From contig JAUCBJ010007647.1 of assembly GCA_032718475.1 (NCBI GenBank), forward strand, positions 1 to 60,547: a stretch of DNA of 60,547 nucleotides, written 5' to 3'. Every line of letters starts with the position of its first letter. The first letter of the stretch is position 1. Shown piece after piece: positions 49,128 to 60,547 of the stretch. Source of the DNA: Nemertoderma westbladi. Taxonomy: Eukaryota; Animalia; Xenacoelomorpha. The position numbers and the translations under genes were made by a program. The notes beneath the pieces were generated by a model that was not told the origin of the DNA, ran no database searches, and worked only from the letters and a program-made list of their open reading frames with translations.

Positions 49128-52100
49128 TTGCTACACAGCGCACAGGTATGGAAACTGATCCTACTATATACTCGAATACACATACTAACTGTATCTGAAA
49201 CGTGGTTGGATGACTCAGTATCTGACAAAGAAGTCGAAATCATAGGGTATAAAATTACCAGGAAGGATAGAAATGAGAATGGATGGGGAGGGGTTGCAAT
49301 ATATACTAGAGACGATTTGGTATTTAATGCCTGCATTTCACTGAATCAAATGGATATTGAAGGGGTATTTGGAACTCTCATTATGCCCTACACCAAAGAA
49401 ATCCTCATAGGATCGGTATATCGACCTCCAGAGTCATCTATAACTCAATTCTTCAAATCCTTAGAATCTTTTATTGGAACGGTATCTAACCATAAAGAAA
49501 TTTATATCCTTGGAGACGTCAATGCAGACATATCTAGTAATGACCGAAGCAATAAAAACATAGTTGACTCATTCTGTGCCTCTACTGGACTTAAACAAAT
49601 AATCAAGGACCCAACCCGTGTTACTGAGATATCTTCTACCATTATCGATCACATTTATACTTCAGCACTGGAAAATAAAGTTACAGCATCTGGAGTAATA
49701 GAAGTCGGCATTAGTGATCATTACATCGTATATGTCACCAGGAAGAAAATTAAAAACCATAAATACATACCAAAAATAATCCGAGCTAGAACATACAGAG
49801 ACTACTCCATACCAAAACTAAAGGAAATGATTGTGAACAATAGTAAAATTAATAACATTGGCAATATAAATGACGTGGATGAAGCCGTGGACATTCTAAA
49901 CTCTGAGATTTTAAATATCCTCAACACTATAGCACCGAAACGGGATATCAGAATCAAAACTCATACCGAACCCTGGCTAACTCCAAATCTTCTACACACT
50001 ATAACTATGAGGAATAAAGCCTTAACCACAGCAAGAAAATATCGCACTGAAGAAAATGAAACAAATTACAAGAGAATCAGGAATGACACCACCAAACTCA
50101 TAAAGGAAACTAAACAGACATACATACGAGAACAAATTAAGGAGAACAGAACTAACTCTAAACAATTATGGAAGACCCTCAAAAACCTCGGCTTACCATC
50201 AAAGAAAGGCCAATCAAATGGACCACTTACAATCAATAATGGAACCGAACTAGTTTCTGACCCTAGACAAATAGCTGATGCGTTTAACGAATACTTCACT
50301 GGTGTTGCTAATGAATTGGAAACCCAATTACCGCCACCTACAGGTCGCTTTGGTGAGGCTGCAGTTGCCAGATACTATGAATCTAAGGGCATAACTAAAG
50401 ATAGCTTTACTCTAAAACAAACTGAAGAGGATGTGGTTTCTCGTATCTTATGCGACCTTAATCCCGATAAAAGTCCCGGCATTGATGGTATACCAGCAAA
50501 AATATATAAGGACTGTTCCACTGAGCTGACAAAAGCAATTACTCACATTATAAATATCTCCATAACAACATGTAAATTTCCCTCAGCTATGAAACTAGCC
50601 AAAGTGGCACCAATCTATAAAAGGGGCACACAAACTCAACGTGAAAACTTCAGACCAGTGTCTCTACTACCTATTCTCTCCAAGATTATAGAAAAAGTAA
50701 TCTACGATCAGATGTACCATTACTTGATATCAAACTCTATCATATCTGCACTTCAAAGTGCCTTTCGTAAAGGCTATTCAACGGAAACATGCTTGATATT
50801 TATAGACACTGTCATCCGATCAGCAGCAGATGGTGGCCAGTTAACAGGGATGGTGTTAATAGACCTCAAGAAAGCTTATGATACGGTGAATCGCAACATA
50901 CTATTGATGAAACTGAAATACATGGGCTTTGACAACAAAGCAATAGCGTGGCTTGAATCCTATCTATCAAGCAGATCCCAAGTTGTAACCATACAGGGGG
51001 TTTACTCAGATCAACGCACGCTGGATGACGGTTTACCACAAGGAACTCTCTTAGCGATCCTACTTTTCCTCTCACACACCAATGACTCGGACCAAGCCGT
51101 TGATTGCCCCACCCCGATGTTCGCAGACGACATATCGCACTTAGTCCCTGGCTCAGACTCAAGAACCATATCGGAATCACTAACACGGAATCTAGAATGC
51201 ACCCAAGCATGGCTCATAGACAACCGCCTAACTCTCCATTTAGGTAAAACCGAAAGTATCCTATTTGGAACAGCACAACGTTTAGCCATAAACGAACCAC
51301 TAAATGTGACATGCAATGGGAAAGCAATAGCGAACAGGGACTCGGTCAACTACCTCGGTTGCAAATTAGATAAAACTCTAAACAGTGAATCGATGGTTGC
51401 AACAATAATAAAGAAAGGCAACTCTCGGTTAAAGTTCCTGTGGCGATTTGCCGGTGTACTAGACTACAATACACGCCGCCTACTATGCAATGCATTAATA
51501 CACGAAGTGGGGACTTCGCGCAGCACGAAGTTGGCAGAGCCTTAGCGAATTGACACTGTTAGGGGGTAGGTCAATTTATGCAAATAGTCACGTTGGCCCT
51601 CTAGCGGCAGACTGGAGAACTGCAGATGGATTCGCCTCCCTTGAAAGTCACAGCTAATGGTCTAATACATATCTGCCAAGTTTCAGCTTAAACGGATTAA
51701 AAGCAAAGAAATGGGAGGGCATTTAATGTTTAGACATGTGGCCCTCTAGCGGGAGACCATTGCACTGATGGTGTCTGAAAGTCTCTCAAAAATCTCAACT
51801 TTTGCTCATATTGATACCTACAAATTTTCAACTTGGCAGCTTTAAATCCGACAAAGTTATTAGCATGTCAAAATCGTAACGACGACGACAACGACGACGA
51901 CGACAACGACGACGACGACAACGACGACGACGACGACGACGACAACTATTTGCATAAATTGACCCACCCCCTAACAGTGTCAATTCGCTAAGGCTCCGCC
52001 AACTTCGTGGCTCGCCCCACAACCACTAATGGACTATGCATCACCAGTGTGGTTCCAATCTATTAGTATCCTATGGAGAAACAAACTGGAGGCCCTACAA

Positions 52101-52475
52101 CGGAAATGTATCCGGTATTGCCTGGGACTGGACAATCGCACCCACATCGACAATTCACACTTTCGAGAAATTAACTGGCTACCCATTAAACTACGAATTA
52201 AACAAAACCTGGCAACTATCATGTACAAAACTCACCATAACGTCACCCCGAGCTATATACAGGAAATGGTGGACTTCTCCTCATCCACACGTGACACGCG
52301 CGCCCCCCAAACTAAAGCGGTCATCCCACAGAAAAACACCGCATTTGGCCAGCTCTCCTTTGACTATAAGGGCCCAGTGATCTGGAATAGCCTGCCGCGC
52401 CACGTAACCGAGTCAGTATCTGTCGAGACATTCAAACATGCAGTAAAATCGCATTACCTACGCTCGCTCGATTGA
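49128..52475 (+). pseudogene. LINE ORF2 (APE + RT) interrupted by a 519-bp insertion
   Basis: VSETWL, YRPP, LGDVN, IDHIY, SDH, NFRPVSLLP, DLKKAYD, GLPQG, MFADD. Removing 51501-52019 gives the continuous CNALIQPLMDYASPVW. Confidence 0.92.
51501..52019 (-). mobile_element. Second copy of the subterminal-IR/(GAC)n element
   Basis: Near-identical to 16607-17113 except microsatellite length and a small indel near 51660. Confidence 0.9.
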
Positions 52476-53599
52476 CAATACACTGATTTTAATTATACTT
52501 TTAACTAATTATTAGCGTTTAATTTTTTTTTTATACTATTAATGAACTATTACATCTCAAAACTCTAAAATAACTAATCATAACAAGTTTTAATTTTTGT
52601 ACAAAGCATCCCCATTTTTTATTTTGCAACAGATATTTAAGGGGAGAAATACTGATTTTAATTTTTACTGAAGCTACTACACTTCAATGGTAAATTTCAC
52701 CAAATATTTTAATCTACGTACGCACATGAGGATGGCTTTTTAAAAATTTTATGCATTATGTAAATATTAATAAACTATTCTTTTTTTTAATACTTATCAT
52801 AGTTCTAAAGAATGTAATATTTTAATTATTCATGCACCTGAAACCTCATTTATTTATTTTTTTTATTGTTTTATACATGACGCCGAATCTTTATTATACT
52901 GTATAATTTACCCATTGAACTAACCACGGGGACCCTCTCGGAAACAAGGCTCGCCTTAAGGGGCTATCCCCGGTGCGCAATGTATTTATTATAAGCATTC
53001 TGATTGAGTAATAACTATAATACATAATAACATTTTTATAGCGTCAAATTTATAATAACATAACTTCAGTTTCAGTTTTGATATTGTTCCTTATGTTCCT
53101 TATTGTTCCTTATGTAATGTTTGTTGTTATTTAATAATTGTGTTATTTTAATGTTCCTTTTAATGTTATACTTTGAGCACCATTAAACCAATACCAATAC
53201 CAATACCAAAGATTTATAAAATAATATTGGCTAATATATAATGAGGTTATTTATATTGTCTGAGTTATGCGAATTTTTAAGGTCATCATCTACATTAAGC
53301 GCTAATGAGCTACCTACAAACTGTCGCCAGGGCTGGCATATTGTGTTCCCATTGGTTCAATCGTGTTTACCTGGTTTAAAGGGAGCTGAATGTTAGTAAT
53401 CCTCTAATTGGCTAATAATATATCAGTCCACTATTTATTGTTACCAGTCCTACAAAAAATGGATATCAGTCCCCCCTTTATTGTTACCAGTCCAAAAGAT
53501 GGTCTGTACCCTCTCTCACGCCGGGTAATAATTGATACAGACTACAAACTTAGGGAGAGGGACCACCTAACTCTAAACTCCAAGATAACTTTTCTGAAT

Positions 53600-53760
53600 C
53601 AGGACTACTTAACTTTACTGTAGATAGTAGAGTTAAGCAGCTACGCCTTAACCATGTGCATAAAGTGTACAATGGTAAGTGTTCCAATAACCTAAAACAA
53701 AAATTAATCAGAGTGCGTGATGCACACTCTTACAGTACTAGAGCAAGTGCTTCAAACGTA
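53600..53760 (+). pseudogene. Short LINE ORF2 C-terminal fragment (L2-group-like)
   Basis: LLNFTVDSRVKQLRLNHVHKVYNGKC...HSYSTRAS. Confidence 0.5.
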
Positions 53761-53879
53761 TTAATTCAATCAAATCAAATGTATTAATTAACCGTGAAAA
53801 AAACAAAGGGCGGGGGAAATTCAAATTTGTCAAGGTTGTTGTCTGTCTCCCTTCAAGTTGTGTCCGCGTTGGCCAGACG

Positions 53880-54130
53880 GATGGACGCTTCGACCATGGC
53901 GTGGACAGGGCGCTTCGCCGGGCTGACCTGGACCCGCGCACACACATAAGGGAGGCCCGCAGCAGTGCAAAGTTCAGTTCTCGCCGAAACCAATTCATGC
54001 CCTCACTGTTCCGTATCTCGCGGCGCTCCGACAACTTTGAAGCGAGTTGCTTCACGAACAGCGTAGAGGAAGGTGATAAGTACCCCCTAACGCGGAGAAG
54101 ATGAGCGGCGTAAATGTAGCGTGCTCAACC
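53880..54130 (-). pseudogene. 3' fragment of a CRE-like (restriction-like endonuclease) non-LTR retrotransposon
   Basis: VEHATFTPLIFSALGG followed by LASKLSERR...MNWFRRELNFALLRASLMCVRGSRS. Confidence 0.7.
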
Positions 54131-54759
54131 TCACATCATTACAACATTACAGTAATTGTGCCTGCGTGGCGAATCATTAACAACTTTGAATTTCCCTCCA
54201 GTAGGCAACAGCAACAGCATGAGTCCATGGCATATGATACCGTCAGCATGAGTCAAAATGGAGTTATTTGATTGGCTTAAAAAATAGATTTCAAACCATT
54301 CGCCATTCGTATTTGTAAAAAACAGATTTGTGAATCCTAAAAAAGATTTCAAGCTTCTCTATCAGTCTAGGCCTATTACTGCTGTACTGTATTAGCCTAT
54401 AGCTGTATAGTACTGCAGTACTGTCACTGTGTAGTATAGCGTTCAATATTACTGCAGTAGGCCTACTAAACAGCTAAAGGTGAGATTGGCTACCCTAATT
54501 TGAATTGTTATAACAATAAAATCAATGTCCTCTAAATGCGCGGTAGCTGGTAGGTAGGTCTGTAGGTGGTATGTGGTAGGTGTTGGCAAAAAATCTTTAT
54601 TTTGTTTTTTTCTTTAAACTGTTAAAGAAACCTTGTTTTTTTCTACCCCTTGGGCAGTTAGTCTGCGACAACTTGCCCTTCCTGCCCTTGGTCCATGGTC
54701 CTTGGGCTAGGTTTACTGGTTTAAATAGATCATTTCAGCATTTGTCAATAAATAGGCTA

Positions 54760-55967
54760 CCGTAATTCGGGGTGACTTGATACATTGAGGTGACTTGATA
54801 CAGCAAGTTATACTTTTCTTCTTTAACGGATTGTGGGTGATTGCGTGATGTTATGATAAAAATTGAAATATTAGAAGATGTCTGAATAAATTGTCCATCA
54901 AATAGTAAAATAAATTTTGTCATTGCTTCGCATTTGTGATCTCTAGCTGTCTAGCAGTCTAGAGCCAAGAATGCATTGTTCAAAAATTCACTTTTTTTCA
55001 AAGTCAAAATATAGGTCGAATTTTTGACACTTTGGATTAATGTTGTTCAAAAATTATTTTTACAGATGCTAATAGATGAGTTTGAATATTACAGGTATTA
55101 TGATCCTAAAAAAATTTTACAAATTTTCATATGAATTGGGGGTGGAGTGCCCGTTTTTTGAAAGCGTGTCTCAAAATGGGGTGACTTGATACATATATAT
55201 GGTATAATGTAGGCGAAAATGTTCTGATACCTGTGACTTAAACGTTGATTTTGCAAAATTTGTGCTTAAATTCATTGATTTAGTTTGCAGTTTTTTCTAA
55301 AATGTTTTGTCTTATTTACTGGTGTCAGGATGTCACAATGCAATGAAAGTCTTTTTCGTTTTTAAACTTCAATTTAACTTGTTAAATATTGTTATATGTT
55401 AAATTTTCTAAGTATTTTATCTTTACTTAAACCTTAAATTTGCAAAATTTGTGCTTAAATTCATTGTTTTAGTTTCCATTTTTTTCTAAAATGTTTTGTC
55501 TTACTTACTGGTGTCAGGATGTCACTATACAATGAAGGTCTTTTTCGTTTTTAAAGTGCAATTTAACTTGTTAAATATGAAATATTTTGCCATAAAAAAT
55601 GGAGTTATTTTTAATTTTAGCTATAATTTTATATCCCCGTTAGGCAGTTAGGTGGGGACTTCGTTCTTTTTTTAAAATTTCCAAGATATATCAAGTCACC
55701 CCTACAGCCTACAACATGATCCAAACTCATTCACAGAGTGGTATTATTGCGGAAAATTTGCTTGTGTATCAAGTCACCCCGTTATGTGGGGTGACTTGAT
55801 ACAGCTGGTTTTTACGAAAAAAACACCACTAGACTAAGCACCTGAAATAGTGCTTTAGTAGTGCCCGACTATAAAATTTTATTTTTATTCCATCTGTGTA
55901 GGATAAAAACTTCAGAAGATATTCACAGTTAAAGGCAAAAACTGTATCAAGTCACCCCGAATTACGG
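54760..55967. mobile_element. Tc1/mariner-pogo-type non-autonomous element with TA TSD
   Basis: TA|CCGTAATTCGGGGTGACTTGATACA ... TGTATCAAGTCACCCCGAATTACGG|TA; internal repeats of GGTGACTTGATAC and a ~190-bp-period direct duplication. Confidence 0.9.
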
Positions 55968-56134
55968 TACTGAAATAGTTGTAGTTAGACTACTGTTGGT
56001 CAGTTTCAGTTGGTTGTACCGCGTACCGGTAGGTATTAGATATAGAACATGGTTTTACTTATTTCTGTCTTTGCACTTATACACCTACTGACCTAGGCTG
56101 ACAGGTAGGCCAGTACCGGCAGTACCGTCCAGTA

Positions 56135-57492
56135 GGGTGCATGTAAAGAACGGACTGCGGACTGGCGGACTACGGACTGGGGATTGCAAAAATCCGCGCG
56201 GTCAATTTGAATTATCGACTTCCAAACTAAGAATCTGCTCTTTGTTGTCTGTACAAATGGCGGACTGAAGCCGGTAAATTGTAACCTGATTGGCTCAATC
56301 ATTTACATAGGTTGAAGCTGAAAGGGAACTTAAAGAATGAATCATCCCATTGGCATTTAAATGTTTACCATTGTGCAACACTGTAATACCGGTACAGGAA
56401 ATAATTATCCTATAGGCCTACAGTAATTAATTACGTGGACTGTTGATTAAGGGCCTACTATATAATCAACATTCTCTACGGATTTTCAGATTATTTATTT
56501 CAATAGGCCTAAATATTATTATATACTTCCTGCCTTTAGAGTTTATGTCACAGTTGTCTGTTCGCAAATATAAAAGAGCGAATATTCGGACATCCTAAGC
56601 CATAAGCGCAGGAGCTGGGGGAAGATCTTCTCTGTGCTGGGGGTAAGAGAGCGTAAGAAAATGGGGAAGAGGGGCAAAGAAAAGGGGTGTGGATCTATAA
56701 ATAGCATCCAATAATGCTTTTTTAGTGTGGGCTGTGATATCCTACATATCTGACATACGATTAACTGGGCCCATGTGAAGTATACCAGACTTTCTGCCGT
56801 TATATTTCACTTTGCAGTTACCCCCATGTGAAGAATACCAGGTTTTCACCAAAAATACAGGTTACAGAAGGGCTGAATCTAACCCAAACAATAAACAAAT
56901 TAGTATATGTACAGTATATGTCCAACCTCCCCCACCCCCCCCCCCCCCCCCCCTTTTTTTTGGACGACCCCAACGTAAAAACTTTTAATTTAAGTAACAA
57001 GCAAACAAGGAATATCTTATAAGGTCGCGGTTCACACCTTTAAGCAATAAGCATAACTCTGCTTCGGCAGCAGAAGTACATACTGCAGTAGTCCCAAAGT
57101 CTGCATCCAAAGTAGAGTTACGAATGAATCATGCTTAAAAGAGTGAACCGGCCTTAACCTGAGAGATTTTAATGAAAGTTCAAGAGTTCTTCCTACTGCC
57201 TACATAATAGGTTTTCAAAATAATACAGTAATAGGTTTCCATCTCTGTGTCACAATGAAAACATGTAAGCCAATAAGAGGATTCAAGAAAGTTCCCTTTG
57301 GGCCTCTATGTAAATGATTGAGCCAATCAGGTTAAAATTTTCTGGCTTCAGTCCGCCGTTTGTCCAGACAACAAAGAGCGGATTCTTATTTCTTACATTA
57401 TAATCAGATAATGCTATAATTCAAATTGACCGCGCATATTTGGGCTTTTAATTGACAATCCGTAGTCCGCAGTCCGCTCTTTACATGCACCC
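56135..57492. mobile_element. MULE-like MITE with ~170-bp imperfect TIRs and 10-bp TSD
   Basis: GGGTGCATGTAAAGA...TCTTTACATGCACCC; CCGTCCAGTA at 56125-56134 and 57493-57502; related end near 48850-48975. Confidence 0.85.
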
Positions 57493-57599
57493 CCGTCCAG
57501 TACTGCAGTAGGCAGGTGTTTACTGTTTAGTCCTGTAGTCCTACTCCTACAGCCCTACATACATCAGTACATACCGCTACCGGTACTCACTTTTACTGA

Positions 57600-57857
<258 letters not shown>

Positions 57858-58164
57858 TGACCGCAGTGACCGGTACGGAATACAGGTATATTCCTGTGTT
57901 CCAATGTACTCTTCCTTCCATGGCTTTTTGTTAATGTTTTTTTTTTGTATGTCATGTCATGCTGTCATGTCATAGGCCTAACGTTTTACTGTCTACGTCT
58001 TTATTGTTTTTGTTTATAGGCGTACTACACTATACTGCTATAGCAGTATAGGCCCTATGTGTCTTTGTGTTAAACCGGCCAGTCCTGTGGTACCGGTAGT
58101 TCTAGTTCTGCAGTCTACAATACGCTGCCGCCGGTACTTATATATATATTATATTGTTGCGCAG

Positions 58165-58315
58165 ATACTTCGTGACAGTTCTAAAGCTCGCCGCGAGGTG
58201 GAGCTACACACTCGAGCTTCCGAGAGCCCCTATATCGTAGGAGTTGTCGACGTCTATGAAAATATATTCAACAGCGTTAACTGCATATTGGTGGTTCTTG
58301 AGATAATGAAAGGAG
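58165..58315 (+). CDS. MAPKAPK2: MAPKAPK2/3 coding exon 2 (gene continues beyond the recognisable region)
   Basis: AG acceptor at 58163-58164; ILRDSSKARREVELH.RAS..PYIV.VVDVYEN; GTAAT donor at 58316. Confidence 0.88.
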
Positions 58316-59839
58316 GTAATTTAAAATGTTATCTATTGCATATCGTACATGCATTGCTACATACACCGGTACGCTACTTGCTGCAAATAACTTTACCAAA
58401 CTAATCGGAACAGCAAACTATAATTTATTTGGGGTGCCAAATTCAAAACGGCCTTTCAATTTTTGAAATTTTTTTATTTCTCTGGAATTGTATTTTATTT
58501 AGAAATGTTTGGAACTCATTTCATCCACTTTATAAAGGACTCAACCTTTAGAATAATTTATTGTTGAGTGGTGTTTGCACTTTGGGTATTGATGACAAAT
58601 GAAAAACAAACTTTATTTCAATGACGATATCGATTGAGTGGACTATACACTATCCACAGCAACGGAAATTTGTCTATTCAAGGCCTGAGTATCCCCCCCC
58701 CCCCCCCTTGAACACTTTTTTTAAATGTCTACAATTTCTACTGAAATTAAAATATTTTGATTTTATACAGTATGGGCTGTTAAAATTTGGCTAAACGTTT
58801 GTTTTTTCAAAAATTTTCAAATTTCCAGTCGCCCTCTAGCTGCCATTGAAAGAAACAAGATTTGCGGTTAAAATGCTACTAGTCATTCAATTTTAGGTGA
58901 AATTGTCTGAAACCAATTTTTTTGAATTACTGAGGTGAGCTCCACAAAAGTTATTGGTTAAAATTTTTAGTTTAGCCTTTTTATGAAAATTAATTAATAT
59001 TTATTAATATTTGGCAAAGATTTTAACAAATTTTTGGCTTTAATTTGAAAAATTGGCTTTAAAAACAGAAATATAAAAATTCCAACCGATAACTTTTAGA
59101 GAACGTCGAAACCCTTTCGAATGAGCCCAAAATAAAGAAAATTGGTTAAAAAATGGCGGAGGAGTAGTATTTTGAAAAAGGAAAAATGTCATTCCGAGAT
59201 AATTGCCTTCAAAGTTTAATCCTTCCCGCCAAAAGTGGCTGTCTGTGGTCTGGCTGGTTAATCATTTCTTGGAACGAACGAAGCACATCACCGAGCTAAA
59301 ACTTTCATTGTGGGGGTTTTCGGGGTCGCTGATTTCATTTCCGATTCCATTTCAGTTTAAGGTTTGGTGGAATCTTGTCTGTCTGTCTGTCTGTTGCATG
59401 TCTGTCTTACAATTTGACTGACATACCATCACAGAAAAACAGCAATAACTCAGAACTAAAAGAGGTTTCGCTAAGCGGTTTTCAGATTTTAAATCCTCAT
59501 TAAATTCTGCTATAGAGAAATAAAAACAGACATTTGATTTGGGTACTCCGGCCTTAACCAGTTTTATTATTAGTTGCCTGTTTTTTTGTCTCTCATGCCA
59601 CCATGATCCGTAATATAGTCAGTGTCATTCTCTGATGACACGGACCCCCCCCCCCCCCCCCCACAAAAAAAAAAAAATCTTTTTTTACAAATCTTTATCA
59701 TATTGCGTGAATTTTGAAACACAACTAGTTCAGATCACCGTGTTGTTACTTGTTACCATGAAGCCGGAAGTTTCGATTTCGCCTTTACATTTTGGTCGTA
59801 ATTTTTTCATATCAATAGAAAGCTTGCGTTGTAAGGATT

Positions 59840-60140
59840 CATAAATATGTAACAATATCTGAATTTCATTGAGAAACAGCTGAGATATAGGCGTGCAAAG
59901 ATTGCAAGAATTATTGTTCGCTGCAGGCCATTTATTATATTTAATAAATACACAATATTCTGGAACAATTTGTTTATGTATGATTAACTAGGCAATATTG
60001 ATATTGTATAGGCATACTGCTGTTGCCAACCAACTCATAAAATAAATAACACGTTCTAGAATTTTGCGTATTTATTAAATATAATAAATGGCCTCCAGTG
60101 AACCATAATTCTTGCAATCTTTGAACGCCTATATCTGAGC
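59840..60140. repeat. Dispersed repeat with internal inverted arm; related copy at ~24355-24485
   Basis: aatatgtaacaatatctgaattt..gagaaacagct shared; 59880-59945 is inverted at ~60072-60140. Confidence 0.6.
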
Positions 60141-60547
60141 CTATAGGTATTGATTTTAAATATAATAAAATTATTTTTTTTATATAAATTGATATTCCAA
60201 AGTTTAAACCACAGAAATATCTGAAAAGGGTATAAATTTTATTTATTGCACAATACATGTATGTAGTCTTAATATGTGAGTCCAACTCCAACACGATTGA
60301 ATTATAGTTAACAAAAATATTGTTCCGACCCCACTTTCCTGGGGCTGTGGCTCCCAGGCTACCCGTAATCAATCCTTTTTCTGTTAACCACTTTCCGGTT
60401 AAGACTGTGTCTCCCAGACTAGTGATGTATCTTATGACAGTATTCTGAATCCACTTATAAAACTGCAGAAAAAGATTGTACGTATTATACTTTTAAAACC
60501 ATACAAATATCATACTGCCGATCTATTTTTCAAGCTGAACATTTTAA

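Larger units (their letters stand above)
49081..53208 (+). mobile_element. L2-group (Crack/Daphne-like) LINE, 5'-truncated, with long 3' UTR and (CCAATA)n tail
   Basis: APE+RT ORF2, GC-rich 3' UTR motif ~52928-52972, tail ccaataccaataccaatacc at ~53188-53207. Confidence 0.8.

Overview
AT-rich, transposon-dense animal (probably invertebrate) genomic DNA; it is not prokaryotic. Host genes: four apparently intact single-exon genes (TRAPPC13, CACUL1, PYCR, BDP1) and the first two coding exons of an intron-containing MAPKAPK2/3 kinase. Retroelements: an intact BEL/Pao LTR element whose 3' LTR truncates an opposite-strand Gag-like ORF, a near full-length CR1-type LINE, an L2-group LINE, and RTE, CRE and Gypsy relics. 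DNA elements: many non-autonomous transposons, including nested MULE/Foldback types with 9-10 bp TSDs, TA-flanked MITEs and a TSD-less subterminal-IR element present twice. Most interesting signals: (1) CR1 ORF1 and ORF2 are in the same frame, separated only by TGA followed by the readthrough hexamer CAATTA; (2) internal comparisons show TA->TACTGTA/TACCGGTA insertions, which look like Tc1/mariner-type excision footprints and cluster at gene 5' ends; (3) two copies of a TSD-less element share the target AATACAA; (4) a duplicated 136-nt structured RNA-like module lies in a retroelement leader; (5) normally multi-exon genes are intronless. All calls come from manual motif reading; no searches were run.
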